Positions 15,711-25,565 are shown, counted from the stretch's first letter. The stretch is 35,204 bases of DNA from an uncultured virus (IMG/VR IMGVR_UViG_3300008266_000011) (IMGVR_UViG_3300008266_000011), one strand, 5' to 3'. Numbers and translations are program-made. Notes: generated by a model not told the origin, from the letters alone.

Positions 15711-17713
15711 TCTTTGGCCTCTCCCCATCTATCTACAATTTTTGCTTCAGCAATAAGCGGAACGGTAATCTCTGGTAGGCGTATGCCTTCCATCGACTCG
15801 CGGATTGCTTCTGCCACATCTTCCGCTAAATCTTCACGAGCAACAGTAACCAATTCGTCATGCACGGTCAAAATGACATTGGCTCCTGGCTCGTCTACAA
15901 AGCAAGAATGAGCCCTAATAATGGCTAACTTCATAATGTCAGCAGCAGAGCCTTGAATAACTGTGTTAAATGCTTGACGCTCTGCTCTAGACTTCAACCC
16001 CTGTTCCTTGCTCTTTAAGTCAGGGATATACCGACGTCTGCCAAACAAGGTAGACACAAATGGCGTGGGTGTCTGGGCTGCTGCCATACGAATTACTCGT
16101 GCACGATACTTAGATATGTCACTGAACTGCTTGGTAAATCGGTCTAACAAATCTTTTGCGTCTTTTACGGTGCAACCAATACTTTGAGCAATCTTTTCAG
16201 GACCAACGCCATAGGCAATAGAAAGAACAAGAACCTTTCCAGCCTTGCGGTCAACTCCCATAGTGTCACCAATAGTGGTGTAGATATCTCCACCATCAAG
16301 ATAGTTGTTTACCATAATTGGGTCACCTGAAAAGGATGCGATGATTCTTGGCTCAATTTGACTATAGTCAGCAACCACAAGTTTGTGACCAGGTGGCGCA
16401 ATGAACAAATCACGAATTAACTTTCCGTACTCTCCACCACTAGGAATGTTCTGTAGGTTTGGGTCACTACTAGAGAAACGCCCTGTCTCTGCTCCGTGAG
16501 GTTTAAAGTTAGTGTGTACCTTGCCATTTACTAAAAGAGATTTCTTATCTACAACTTTTGTTTTGCCCATTACTGTATGGGTTATCTCTCCACCTAAGTA
16601 CGGCATTACATAAGTTGTCATTAACTTATTCAAATCTTGATATTCAAGTATTGCGTCTACAAGTTCGTCTTTATTACGATAGAACTCCAAAGCATCTGAT
16701 GAAACGGAATAGTGTTGAATTCCTAACTGCATGGGGTTTACAGCAGCAACTCCCTGTCCTTTTGCAGTCAAAGCAACTTTAATGCGAAGGTTTGGCTTTA
16801 TACCTCTACCGCCTTCTTCTTTGGGAGAGAAAAGCAACTTCTGCTTCTCTTGCACAGAGTTCATGGCAAAAGGCTTACCTACCAACTTCCAAGCCTTTGC
16901 TTTAGCAGCATCAAGGTCCTTTTCAAGACGGTTCTTTAACTTTGTTAACTCAACAACGTCGATGTTTGCTCCAGTCAATTCCATATCACAGAGAGCAGCG
17001 AGAACATCCATCTCCAAATTCCACACACGGTTTAAATCTCCTGTGAGTTTAGGAGCCATTACTTTATAAAGTTTATAAGTGACCTCAGCGTCTAGTGCTG
17101 AGTAGTCTGCTACATCACTAAAAGAGTGAACTTCTACCTGTGCTCCAACTCCCTTTTCAACTGTAATTCCTAATTCTCGTTTAGCACAGTCAGCAAGTCC
17201 TAGATAACCACGAGTTCGGTTATTCACTATAAACCCAGCCATCATGGTGTCAAAGAAGGGCTTTGTAGGAACAACCCCACGGTAATACTTTGCAATAGAC
17301 TTTAAATCAAACTTTACATTGTGACCAATCTTTAGTTTTTCACTGAAGAATAGAGGCTTAAGAGCCTTGAACACGTCTCCAGGCAATAGTTGGTCAGGAG
17401 CAGGACCAAACACTGGAACCCACTTCGCTTCATTCTTTGAATAGTCTGTTTCTTTTAATTCTTTGCCAGCGGCTAACTTGCGCTGACCACTAAGAAGCAA
17501 CTCTTTGTCCCAACGTAAGAACTCGCCGTTTGGATGACCCATAGGTATTACATCAACACGGCCTTCTGTTGCAAGAGAAATCCACAAGACATCGTTAACT
17601 ACAGGTTGGATTCTGTTTTCACCAACAGATTCGATGTCAAAAGCAAATGCATCTACTTTTTTGTAATGCGCAACTAAATCTTCTAGTTGTTCTTTTGTTG
17701 TAATTATGTTCAT
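15707..17713 (-). CDS. polA: Family A DNA polymerase (3'-5' exonuclease plus polymerase, no 5'-3' exonuclease)
   Basis: Exo I FDIE, Exo II HNVKFD, Exo III YSALD; TGRFSSSDPNLQNIP; motif A DYSQIEPR; motif B RKAGKVLVLSIAYG; motif C VHDE. Confidence 0.96.
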   Translation of the reverse strand: MNIITTKEQLEDLVAHYKKVDAFAFDIESVGENRIQPVVNDVLWISLATEGRVDVIPMGHPNGEFLRWDKELLLSGQRKLAAGKELKETDYSKNEAKWVPVFGPAPDQLLPGDVFKALKPLFFSEKLKIGHNVKFDLKSIAKYYRGVVPTKPFFDTMMAGFIVNNRTRGYLGLADCAKRELGITVEKGVGAQVEVHSFSDVADYSALDAEVTYKLYKVMAPKLTGDLNRVWNLEMDVLAALCDMELTGANIDVVELTKLKNRLEKDLDAAKAKAWKLVGKPFAMNSVQEKQKLLFSPKEEGGRGIKPNLRIKVALTAKGQGVAAVNPMQLGIQHYSVSSDALEFYRNKDELVDAILEYQDLNKLMTTYVMPYLGGEITHTVMGKTKVVDKKSLLVNGKVHTNFKPHGAETGRFSSSDPNLQNIPSGGEYGKLIRDLFIAPPGHKLVVADYSQIEPRIIASFSGDPIMVNNYLDGGDIYTTIGDTMGVDRKAGKVLVLSIAYGVGPEKIAQSIGCTVKDAKDLLDRFTKQFSDISKYRARVIRMAAAQTPTPFVSTLFGRRRYIPDLKSKEQGLKSRAERQAFNTVIQGSAADIMKLAIIRAHSCFVDEPGANVILTVHDELVTVAREDLAEDVAEAIRESMEGIRLPEITVPLIAEAKIVDRWGEAKE

Positions 17714-17731
17714 AAAACCCCCTCGTTAAAT

Positions 17732-17769
17732 GTGAGAGGACCTGAAATGGAGGTAACAGGTCCTCTCAC
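17732..17769 (-). promoter_or_regulatory. 13-bp hairpin between ssb and polA (attenuator, terminator or translational operator)
   Basis: Minus strand GTGAGAGGACCTG-TTACCTCCATTT-CAGGTCCTCTCAC, ending 18 nt before the polA ATG. Confidence 0.75.
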
Positions 17770-17783
17770 GTGTGGAAACGTGA

Positions 17784-18434
17784 CTAGACTAAAGAGCGAG
17801 CAATTTCCAGCATTTCAGAGCGAGGGGTCTCTCGAATTACGTCGGCTGTAAATGGAACAGCATTTGCTACTAACTCATTAACTTCATCAATGTTTAGTTT
17901 CCACTCCTCGGCAAGGTCACGACCACGGACGAAGTTGAGGGTGTACTGCGTCGTTGGGCCAGTGCCTAGTCGAGAAATCTCCCAGAACTCTTTTGAAAGA
18001 GGTCCTTTACGCTCGTCATCATGAGCCTTCTTAATTTGACGTGCTAATGATGGTGGAGCAGTGAGAATTTGTACAGAAGGTGCTTCTGCGCTAAGAACAA
18101 GCACGTTAAACGCAAAACGCGGACGTGGCCTGCTTCCTAGAATCTCAGTGAATGGGTCGTTCTCCTCAAGAGCGACGAATGATTTCTTTCCTTTTGGACG
18201 TTCAATCCAATGTTGTTCATAGACACGGAATGGTCCATCCTCTAAGAACTTAACAAGTTGAGGTTCTTCAGAGAATTTAAAGTCAGATGGAAATTCTGAA
18301 GGTGTATCTGACTTCAACAATGCATCGGCAGCATCCCAGCCCTGTTGGACTGTAGTGCCGACCTTAGGAGTTGCTGTTTCGCTATCTTCTTCAAGATACG
18401 AATCAGCATTTACTGCTGGTTTTGTAATTGGCAT
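17784..18434 (-). CDS. Probable single-stranded DNA-binding protein (gp32-like)
   Basis: LVKFL...YEQHW...FAFNV...ISRLGTG..TQY pattern, acidic, adjacent to polA. Confidence 0.7.
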   Translation of the reverse strand: MPITKPAVNADSYLEEDSETATPKVGTTVQQGWDAADALLKSDTPSEFPSDFKFSEEPQLVKFLEDGPFRVYEQHWIERPKGKKSFVALEENDPFTEILGSRPRPRFAFNVLVLSAEAPSVQILTAPPSLARQIKKAHDDERKGPLSKEFWEISRLGTGPTTQYTLNFVRGRDLAEEWKLNIDEVNELVANAVPFTADVIRETPRSEMLEIARSLV

Positions 18435-18489
18435 TTGTTTCTTTCTTGGTAGTGAGGCACGGAATAGTTCGTATCTCTGTACGTGTTTA

Positions 18490-18969
18490 CTATTTCTGGC
18501 TCTCGATGGATGTGAGTTCCTTCCAGCGCTTTAACAAAGCCTCTGTCAGGTCTTCGTGTTGATTCCACTCTACACGAGCAGAACCTAGTAGGTTACGTTT
18601 GGCGAATTCGTCAATCGCAGCCTCAATGAGTAGTCGAGTATAAACTCGATTTCCTCCAGTCTTTTTACCTTGTAGGGTTTTTGCCCTAAGTCGGTACGGT
18701 GCACGAGGTATGTACCCCTTGCGTTCCCATAGACGAACAGTAACTATTGTCTTTTCCAATGCCTGTGCAAGAGCACCGATTGTAAAGACTTCAGTTTCCT
18801 TTCCACCTAATGTTTTAATAATTGGGTTTTCATCCCAACCATTAGTCTCACCGCTTTTACGGCGAGAAACCTTTGGGTCTGGTTCGCGTCGTTTCTTCTT
18901 TGAACCAGGAACGTATTCGAGGTCTTTGAAGGCCTCGTAAATTTCGTCCTCTCCTCTTAATCCAGGCAT
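18490..18969 (-). CDS. MerR-like HTH DNA-binding protein
   Basis: FTIGALAQAL.K...TVRLWERKGYIP...RVYT. Confidence 0.8.
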   Translation of the reverse strand: MPGLRGEDEIYEAFKDLEYVPGSKKKRREPDPKVSRRKSGETNGWDENPIIKTLGGKETEVFTIGALAQALEKTIVTVRLWERKGYIPRAPYRLRAKTLQGKKTGGNRVYTRLLIEAAIDEFAKRNLLGSARVEWNQHEDLTEALLKRWKELTSIESQK

Positions 18970-18972
18970 TTG

Positions 18973-19413
18973 TTATCCCTTGTTAATTACCAATGCCCAG
19001 ACTACAGTCTGAGGATACATTTCATCAATCTCTTCTTCTGTCAGTTCGTCACTATAAAGCGCAGCCATAAGAGCATCTTCATCAACTACTTCTACAGTCT
19101 TTATAAGTTTGTCTCGCAATCCTCGTTCATCGATAATCTCAAATGCAACATCTTCATCAATCTTTCTTGAAACTCTACGCTGCTTTGTCATAGATGCAAA
19201 GCCCTCAATTTCTTGAGGAAGTTCAAATATAATATTTCCTTTATCGTCAGTTTCGCCGTTTTCTTCAATGTGTATGAAAAGGTCATCACGCAAGTCTTTC
19301 ATTTGTTGTTGGAAATACTCAACTTGCTTTTTATAAAAAATATACTGTTGTGCTTGCGACAGAGTGTCGTCTTTATCGATGCTTCTGGCTTCTTGTTTTG
19401 ATATGCGTGGCAT
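18973..19413 (-). CDS. Hypothetical protein, possibly a Gam-like coiled-coil protein
   Basis: N-terminal coiled coil followed by VDEDALMA; acidic. Confidence 0.5.
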   Translation of the reverse strand: MPRISKQEARSIDKDDTLSQAQQYIFYKKQVEYFQQQMKDLRDDLFIHIEENGETDDKGNIIFELPQEIEGFASMTKQRRVSRKIDEDVAFEIIDERGLRDKLIKTVEVVDEDALMAALYSDELTEEEIDEMYPQTVVWALVINKG

Positions 19414-19422
19414 TAGCCCCTC

Positions 19423-20955
19423 CTACGATTTAGAAAGGAAGTTCAAAAGACTTCCTACGGTCAAGTCTACACCACCACGAGAGTTGATTCCCGCACCGTC
19501 AAGTACGGCATTAGCCACGGCGCTCTTCTGCTGTAGCATCTCGTGCTGACGCTCTTCTATAGAGTTCTTCATGAGTATATCCTGGATAGTTATAGTGGGC
19601 CAACGGCTAGAGGTTCTCTTTATGCGCCCATTTCGTTGAACCGCTAGGCCCGCATTCCAAGGCAAGTCATAGTTAATCAAAAGGTTTGCATTAGGAAGGT
19701 CAACTCCGTAACCACCAGCATCCGAAGAAATAAAGACCCTGCAATCTGGGTCAGTTAAAAACTTTTCTTTACTTTTTTCTTTTTCTTTAGAGTTCATTTC
19801 TCCGGTATAGATAGTTCCACCTAGTTTGTCATAAATCAAAGCAACAGCATCTAGGTAAGATGCAAAGATAACTATTTTGGCATCGGGGTCAGTATCAAGG
19901 TGGTCATTGGCGTACTCTACAAGAGCATCTAGTTTAGGTGCCTTTGCTCCGTGTAATTTAACGTGACCTTCGGCAATTAAATATTGAGCATACGCCGATT
20001 CACTATTGGCAAGAATTATAGGATTATCACAAACCATACGAAGCGCTGTTATCTTAGACATTATCGAGCCACGCATTAAGTCTGCTGGACTACCTGGTTT
20101 ATACCCCTCGCCATAATGAGCAGCAATAGAAAAACTAGCGCCTAAAAGTTGTTTGGCTTCTATTAACTCATTCATCAATTCTTCGGCAATAAAGTTATAC
20201 AGTTTTCTTCCAGCAGAATCAAAGGAGACAAGTAGAGGGTCTCTAGTTATGACGCTAGGAAGATGAGGAGCAACATCTGGGTCTGTTTGTACTTTTCTAA
20301 CTGAACAAGTCTTCATCTTCTCATGAAAGATTGGAAGATTTCTATATCTTTGTACTCCGCCAAAATGATTTCGAACAATGAAGGTTTGGTCAAACAAATC
20401 AAATCGACCAAGAAGTGTTGGATTAACAAACTGCATAATGCTGTACAACTCTTCAGGTTTACCGTTCTCAATAGGAGTTCCAGTTAGAGCAAACCTTATA
20501 GGTACATTTCTTGACAACTCTTTGACTCTCTTTGAGCGTTTAGACCTAAAGCCTTTGATAGCAGTGGCTTCGTCACACACCACAGCGCCCCAGAAGTATC
20601 TAGATACCATAGACCAGTCATTGACTATCGACTCATAATTAGTAATGACGTAGTCAGCCTTCTGTCCGTCTTCGTACTGCTGTGTTCTCTGTTGTTTGCT
20701 GCCGTCCACCACAACAGAAACTACACCCTTGCAAAATTTTGCTATCTCTTTTTGCCATTGATATTTAAGACTGGATAGGGCTATTACAAGAACAGGACCC
20801 TTCTGTATCTGCCCTGTATCGTTTAATTTCTCAAGGGCCGCAATAGTCATACAGGTCTTTCCTAAACCCATCTCGTATGCAACTAGCATCTTCTTTTCGC
20901 CAACCATACGGCTAACAGCCTCAACTTGATAAGGTTTAAGAGTTCCGGTGAACAA
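19423..20955 (-). CDS. SNF2-family SF2 helicase
   Basis: LKPYQ, MGLGKT, CDEAT, LTGTPIEN, AGGYGVDL, YDLPWN, QRNGRIKR. Confidence 0.92.
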   Translation of the reverse strand: MFTGTLKPYQVEAVSRMVGEKKMLVAYEMGLGKTCMTIAALEKLNDTGQIQKGPVLVIALSSLKYQWQKEIAKFCKGVVSVVVDGSKQQRTQQYEDGQKADYVITNYESIVNDWSMVSRYFWGAVVCDEATAIKGFRSKRSKRVKELSRNVPIRFALTGTPIENGKPEELYSIMQFVNPTLLGRFDLFDQTFIVRNHFGGVQRYRNLPIFHEKMKTCSVRKVQTDPDVAPHLPSVITRDPLLVSFDSAGRKLYNFIAEELMNELIEAKQLLGASFSIAAHYGEGYKPGSPADLMRGSIMSKITALRMVCDNPIILANSESAYAQYLIAEGHVKLHGAKAPKLDALVEYANDHLDTDPDAKIVIFASYLDAVALIYDKLGGTIYTGEMNSKEKEKSKEKFLTDPDCRVFISSDAGGYGVDLPNANLLINYDLPWNAGLAVQRNGRIKRTSSRWPTITIQDILMKNSIEERQHEMLQQKSAVANAVLDGAGINSRGGVDLTVGSLLNFLSKS

Positions 20956-21886
20956 CGAACGCCTCCTTTCCTAATACATAGGATTTAGCGTTCTCTATAC
21001 CGCGATGAATCTCATTGACTCCCATATCTCCTGGGTCTTTCACATCAATTCCTGTGTAATCAAAAAAGAATAAGTTCAAGCCATATTTACGAGCAAAGGG
21101 ACGCATAGATTCGGCAGCCTTTAATCCTGCCTCGTCTTTATCAAACGTAGCAATGACCTTATCTGCTCTGCGCATAATCTTTGCTTGTTCTTCACTAACA
21201 ATCGCACCAAACGTAGAGATTGCTCCCTCTACACCTGCGCAACGAAGACGGACAACATCTAGTGGAGATTCAACCACAACAAGAATATCGGTAGCCATAA
21301 CTTCCACACCAAAAACAGTTTTAGACTTTTTAACTCCTGCTGGTTGATTGCGAAAAAACCGACCAGAAGCACCCTTCTCTTGCCATCCCATCAATTCATA
21401 TGTGTCGGGATGGCGGATAGGAAGAATCCATGCTGAATGATTTACATCCCAAAGTACGCCATGGTGCTTTGCTGCTTCTGCAGTTAGGAATCGCTTTTTT
21501 AACTCAAATGCAGGAGGCTCTGAGTACACAGCCAAACGAGCCTCTGACATACCTATTGGCTCTTCTTCAGGCTTTACAAAATGTGGCAAATCCTTAATAC
21601 GACGAAGTAAAGAATCTGCAGGAATCTCTGCTTGATTTTCTATAAACTCTTTTGCATCGTGATAATCAATTCCCTTTAAATCACGAACTAATGTGTAGAC
21701 GTTTCCTTTGTAACCGCAAGAAAAGCATATGTGAGCACCAGTAACTGTATTTATCCACCAAGAAGGATTGCGGTCATCTTTTCCTGTGCGCTTATTATGT
21801 AGGGGACAAAATCCATTTACTTCTTCACCACGTTGTGCAGCAAGTGGTAGGTCAAGTGATATCAAGACCTTCTCTACATCAATCAT
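20936..21886 (-). CDS. dnaG: DnaG-like primase (CHC2 zinc finger plus TOPRIM)
   Basis: CPLH...CFSC, VVESPLD, FDKDEAG, KDPGD; start moved to ATG 21886 (TGATG coupling). Confidence 0.9.
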   Translation of the reverse strand: MIDVEKVLISLDLPLAAQRGEEVNGFCPLHNKRTGKDDRNPSWWINTVTGAHICFSCGYKGNVYTLVRDLKGIDYHDAKEFIENQAEIPADSLLRRIKDLPHFVKPEEEPIGMSEARLAVYSEPPAFELKKRFLTAEAAKHHGVLWDVNHSAWILPIRHPDTYELMGWQEKGASGRFFRNQPAGVKKSKTVFGVEVMATDILVVVESPLDVVRLRCAGVEGAISTFGAIVSEEQAKIMRRADKVIATFDKDEAGLKAAESMRPFARKYGLNLFFFDYTGIDVKDPGDMGVNEIHRGIENAKSYVLGKEAFVVHRNS

Positions 21887-23133
21887 CAACCGCCCCAATT
21901 CATGCAGTATGTGCACTTGGTCATAGAGGCTTCATCATGGAAGCAGCCAGTCTCCCAACGCCAAGTAATGGCAGTCTCACTTGGTGGGCAGTTACGTGAT
22001 TGAACAATCTTTAATAAACGAATCTCCTCATCTTCTTCCACTGGCTCAAGACCAAGAATTACATCTGAGTCTTGGAAGAACGATGATGAATAACCAATAG
22101 AGTCTGCAGTTACCTTGCCAGCACGCATCTTCCATAACAGAGTTTGAGTTGTAATAACGATTGGCTTGTTTATCTTTTGAGCCAGTCTCTTTAAAGCACG
22201 AGTAACGTTGGTTATTGCTTGAGGCGTGTTCATTTCGCCAGTAATCTCATCTAGCATCAGATAAACACCGTCTACAAACACAATGTCAGGATTGCACTGC
22301 TCAATCTTTGCTGAAAGCGCAGATACAGTAATTCCGTTTACGGCATCTACAAGATGGAAAGGCTGCAATTTCTCCATCTCATTGAGCATATCTACATATC
22401 GGTCTTCTTCTGCAGGTAACAACTTTCCACGACGTAAACGACCATGAGATATCTGAGCACGCATCGCATCATGGCGCTGCTGCTGTTCATGATTGTTCAT
22501 CTCAAATGACTGGAACATTGGAACATAGCCAAGTTTGTGAACATTTATAGCAATCTGCAGAGCAATCTGAGACTTACCAGTTTTTGGAGGAGCAATAATC
22601 GTTATGAGTTGACCGCCCTGTAATCCTGCGGTTGCTTCGTCAATCTTTTCAAATCCAGTAGGTATTCCTAAGAACTTTTTGCTTTGAAGTGCTTTGTAAT
22701 CTTCGTAACGCTCTTCAGTGTTCTTTGATAAATCAACTTCGTGAGTTCCTAAAACACCCTGTTCATTAACCTTAGCAATTGCCTGCTCCATTGCAAGAAG
22801 CGCAGCATTGTGATTATTGTCTTGTAGTAACTCAACAGCATTCTCAAGACCTTGTCGTGTAAGCAGTCGACGACGGAATTCGACCATAGTGTCGAGTAGA
22901 TATTCGACAGTGTCTTCTACATCAAGAATTTTGTAATTTGGATAATGGTCTTTAACAGTTACGCCAGTAGGAACTTCGCGGTACTCGCTGTAATGCTTGC
23001 GAACAAATGACCAAACTTTGCGATTGTCTTCATCTAAGAACCAAGAGTCCTGAACGCCACGTGAAAGGGCAGGGACAATGTCACGGTCACGTATTACTTT
23101 ACTGACCAGACGGTGTTCGTTATCTGCTGCCAT
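21886..23133 (-). CDS. dnaB: DnaB-like replicative helicase
   Basis: GIPTGF..ID...G, APPKTGKS, SFEM, VFVDGVYLM, LKRLA...PI, FFQDSD. Confidence 0.92.
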   Translation of the reverse strand: MAADNEHRLVSKVIRDRDIVPALSRGVQDSWFLDEDNRKVWSFVRKHYSEYREVPTGVTVKDHYPNYKILDVEDTVEYLLDTMVEFRRRLLTRQGLENAVELLQDNNHNAALLAMEQAIAKVNEQGVLGTHEVDLSKNTEERYEDYKALQSKKFLGIPTGFEKIDEATAGLQGGQLITIIAPPKTGKSQIALQIAINVHKLGYVPMFQSFEMNNHEQQQRHDAMRAQISHGRLRRGKLLPAEEDRYVDMLNEMEKLQPFHLVDAVNGITVSALSAKIEQCNPDIVFVDGVYLMLDEITGEMNTPQAITNVTRALKRLAQKINKPIVITTQTLLWKMRAGKVTADSIGYSSSFFQDSDVILGLEPVEEDEEIRLLKIVQSRNCPPSETAITWRWETGCFHDEASMTKCTYCMNWGG

Positions 23134-23150
23134 ATCGCCCCCTCAAGGCT

Positions 23151-23567
23151 CTAAAGATTGGCTAGTTCTACTCCTGCTGACCCATATCGCGCAACTCGGT
23201 CAGGCTTATCAATTACGCCCTTCAAGTTTGGTCGATAAGGAAGCATCGTAACTAACTCATCTACACTTTCGTATAATTGCCAGTAGTTAAACGGATTAAC
23301 TACACGTCGTTCTAGTTTTTCAAAGGCTTTGTCAAGAAGTTCTTCTGTCCAACCCTCCGATTCGAAACCAGCAAGTTCTAGAGAAATGCCGTAGTTATTG
23401 GCAAGTATCCACAATCTGTTGGCTCCAAGCAAATCGACATCGCCAAGTTTATAGGTAATCTTCTTACCTAAGAGTCGACGAGTCTCTTCTTCAACTAACT
23501 TAATCACTACATCAGTAGTAGCGATAACTTGTGGAGAGGAGACATTCGATATGTCTCCGTCTTTCAT
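23151..23567 (-). CDS. Hypothetical protein of the replication module
   Basis: 138 aa, ATGA-type overlap with the upstream gene, SD GAAGT/GAGG-like context. Confidence 0.7.
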   Translation of the reverse strand: MKDGDISNVSSPQVIATTDVVIKLVEEETRRLLGKKITYKLGDVDLLGANRLWILANNYGISLELAGFESEGWTEELLDKAFEKLERRVVNPFNYWQLYESVDELVTMLPYRPNLKGVIDKPDRVARYGSAGVELANL

Positions 23568-23872
23568 AGTACTTCTATCTTAGCGTACTTAACTACAAAC
23601 TCACGAAACTTCTCAGCGGTATCGCTTGCATAAAGCGCAAGTTCTTCTGGAATCTCGTCTGGAATGAGGATTGAGTAATGACCAGAATTCATAAGCATAC
23701 GTTCATCTACAAAACGAACGTGTTTACAGTTGAAGGTCTTTTTCCACTTAGGACAGTTACATCTAAGTTTCTTTGTCTCAGTATCGACTTCAACTTCAAA
23801 AATTCCAGCAGCCTGTGCAGAGATGAACAACTGAATGGTTCGCCAAGAAGTCTGCACACTTCCGCCTTTCAT
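23564..23872 (-). CDS. SWIM zinc-finger protein
   Basis: CNCP...CKH motif. Confidence 0.8.
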   Translation of the reverse strand: MKGGSVQTSWRTIQLFISAQAAGIFEVEVDTETKKLRCNCPKWKKTFNCKHVRFVDERMLMNSGHYSILIPDEIPEELALYASDTAEKFREFVVKYAKIEVL

Positions 23873-24591
23873 TGTGCCCCTCTCATATCTGAACCGAATA
23901 TTGGAACCCGCACAAACGCTTCGTTAGCAAAACTTCCCATCGCTTCGCTGTACTTATCGGTCCAATTTTCAAGAACGACATTGGTTGTCACAATAGTCGG
24001 CAACGCTCTGTCGTACCTAGACCGAAGTATCTCATCAAAAGAGGTGTCGTCGTACTTTGAACCGTACTCTTTTCCAAGGTCATCAATTACCAGTATGCGA
24101 ACATTCAAGAAGTCAAACTTAGAGCGACCATGCAGCCCGTCAATTTCATAGACCATCTGCTTCTTGTCTTCTGGGTCTGCATCAAAAGTCGACTTCTTCT
24201 TTGATAAAAACTCAGGGTAAGTCATGTAGTAGATAGGGCGAGCATTGAGGCCATAATCGCTCGAACTCATACCCAGAATCTTACGAGCCTCGTCGTCGTC
24301 CTCTGGGAGACGGCGGACCACCTCCATAGCGGCGACAACTGCATGAGTTGTTTTGCCAATTCCGGGCCCTCCATCAAAAAGCATACCGACACCAGTTGTA
24401 CCAATGTTGCCAACCTGCTTTATAACAAGACCATTAGCAACATCATCAATCCACTGGTCGTATTGTGAAGGCAATTCACCAGAACGCTCAACTATGTCTT
24501 TAGTTTCAAGACCAAGAAAGCGACGTGGGATATTCGAAGTACGCAAAAGCCAATGCTTTTTCATAGACGACAATTGATTCACGTCGTACAC
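23869..24591 (-). CDS. DnaC/IstB-like AAA+ helicase loader
   Basis: IPRRF, GGPGIGKT, LVIDDLGKE, RSRYD...PTIVTTN. Confidence 0.9.
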   Translation of the reverse strand: MYDVNQLSSMKKHWLLRTSNIPRRFLGLETKDIVERSGELPSQYDQWIDDVANGLVIKQVGNIGTTGVGMLFDGGPGIGKTTHAVVAAMEVVRRLPEDDDEARKILGMSSSDYGLNARPIYYMTYPEFLSKKKSTFDADPEDKKQMVYEIDGLHGRSKFDFLNVRILVIDDLGKEYGSKYDDTSFDEILRSRYDRALPTIVTTNVVLENWTDKYSEAMGSFANEAFVRVPIFGSDMRGAQ

Positions 24592-25565
24592 TATTTTGCT
24601 CCCCTCAACCTCTGTTCGTAACGCTCTAACTGTGCTCTACCAGACATTGAGTTTTGAAACTCTTTGCCATCACTTGCAGTTACGGTAGCCATCTTAGCAG
24701 TAGGAGTTTTCTCTTTAGAAACTCGGTGCAATCCTAAGTTCTCTCTTGCTTGATTCATCTTCTTTCCAAAAGATGCAAGATAAAGTTTATAAAGACTTGG
24801 AGCCTCATCGCCAATCTGTTTGAAGTTTCTTTCGTCTGCCATAAACAAACGAAGCAACTCAAGTTCTACGAGAGCGGTTGTTCCGTATTGCTTTCTGAAT
24901 TTTGAGAGCGCTCCTGAGAGGGCTCGGACATTGACGGTTCCTGGAAGTAGGGGGTACTTACGCCCAACCCTAAAAGAAAATTCTGCAGCGACATCCATTG
25001 GGGTCCACTCATGCTCTGGTCTCTTCCCACGGGTCTTTGGGTCGCGCTTTGAGATTTTCTGCGTAGGAGCATCCTTTGGCTCAATAAGACCAAATCCTGC
25101 CAATTCGTCGCCATCGTCATAGCCTTTCATAGGAACCTTCACTTCCTTTAGTGAAACACCTTCGGTGTTTCTAAACTCTTTTAATTGATTACTAGATTGA
25201 CTAGTAGGTACTACTAACTGGTTAGTATCACGTGAACTAATAGTCACATAGTCATGTGAGGTGCGGTAATTTGCGTCCCCTTCGGTCTCTACAGTGCGGT
25301 AATTTGCGTCCCTTATCTCAATCATCAATAGGCTATTAAACCCATTGGCACGACGTGTCTTTGAAAGAGAAACAAGGCCCTTCTGTTCTAGGGCTTTAAG
25401 GGCCCTTCTGACGGTCTTGTCGGACTTCTTGTCAGTCTCTCTACCCAGTACATCTACTGAGGCCTTAAAACGGCCTTTGGAGCCCGCAAAACGGCATAGA
25501 ACGACCAGTAGTCGGAACTGATAATCGGTTAATTGGGCGGTAAACGCCTCCTGCGGTATTTTCAC
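24591..25565 (-). CDS. Replication initiator with N-terminal winged HTH (lambda O/DnaD-like organisation)
   Basis: HTH TVRRALKALEQKGLV; repeat-containing linker; lies directly upstream of the DnaC-like loader. Confidence 0.75.
   Translation of the reverse strand: MKIPQEAFTAQLTDYQFRLLVVLCRFAGSKGRFKASVDVLGRETDKKSDKTVRRALKALEQKGLVSLSKTRRANGFNSLLMIEIRDANYRTVETEGDANYRTSHDYVTISSRDTNQLVVPTSQSSNQLKEFRNTEGVSLKEVKVPMKGYDDGDELAGFGLIEPKDAPTQKISKRDPKTRGKRPEHEWTPMDVAAEFSFRVGRKYPLLPGTVNVRALSGALSKFRKQYGTTALVELELLRLFMADERNFKQIGDEAPSLYKLYLASFGKKMNQARENLGLHRVSKEKTPTAKMATVTASDGKEFQNSMSGRAQLERYEQRLRGAK
25261..25312. repeat. Two perfect 19-bp direct repeats (putative iterons of the replication origin)
   Basis: gtgcggtaatttgcgtccc at 25261-25279 and 25294-25312 (33-bp period), beside an AT-rich tract. 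Confidence 0.8.

Noticed and set aside
15707..17713. Intein or intron in polA (short insertions in the exonuclease and thumb regions)
   Set aside because: The insertions are only tens of residues and lack intein splice motifs; recA and dnaB are also normal length
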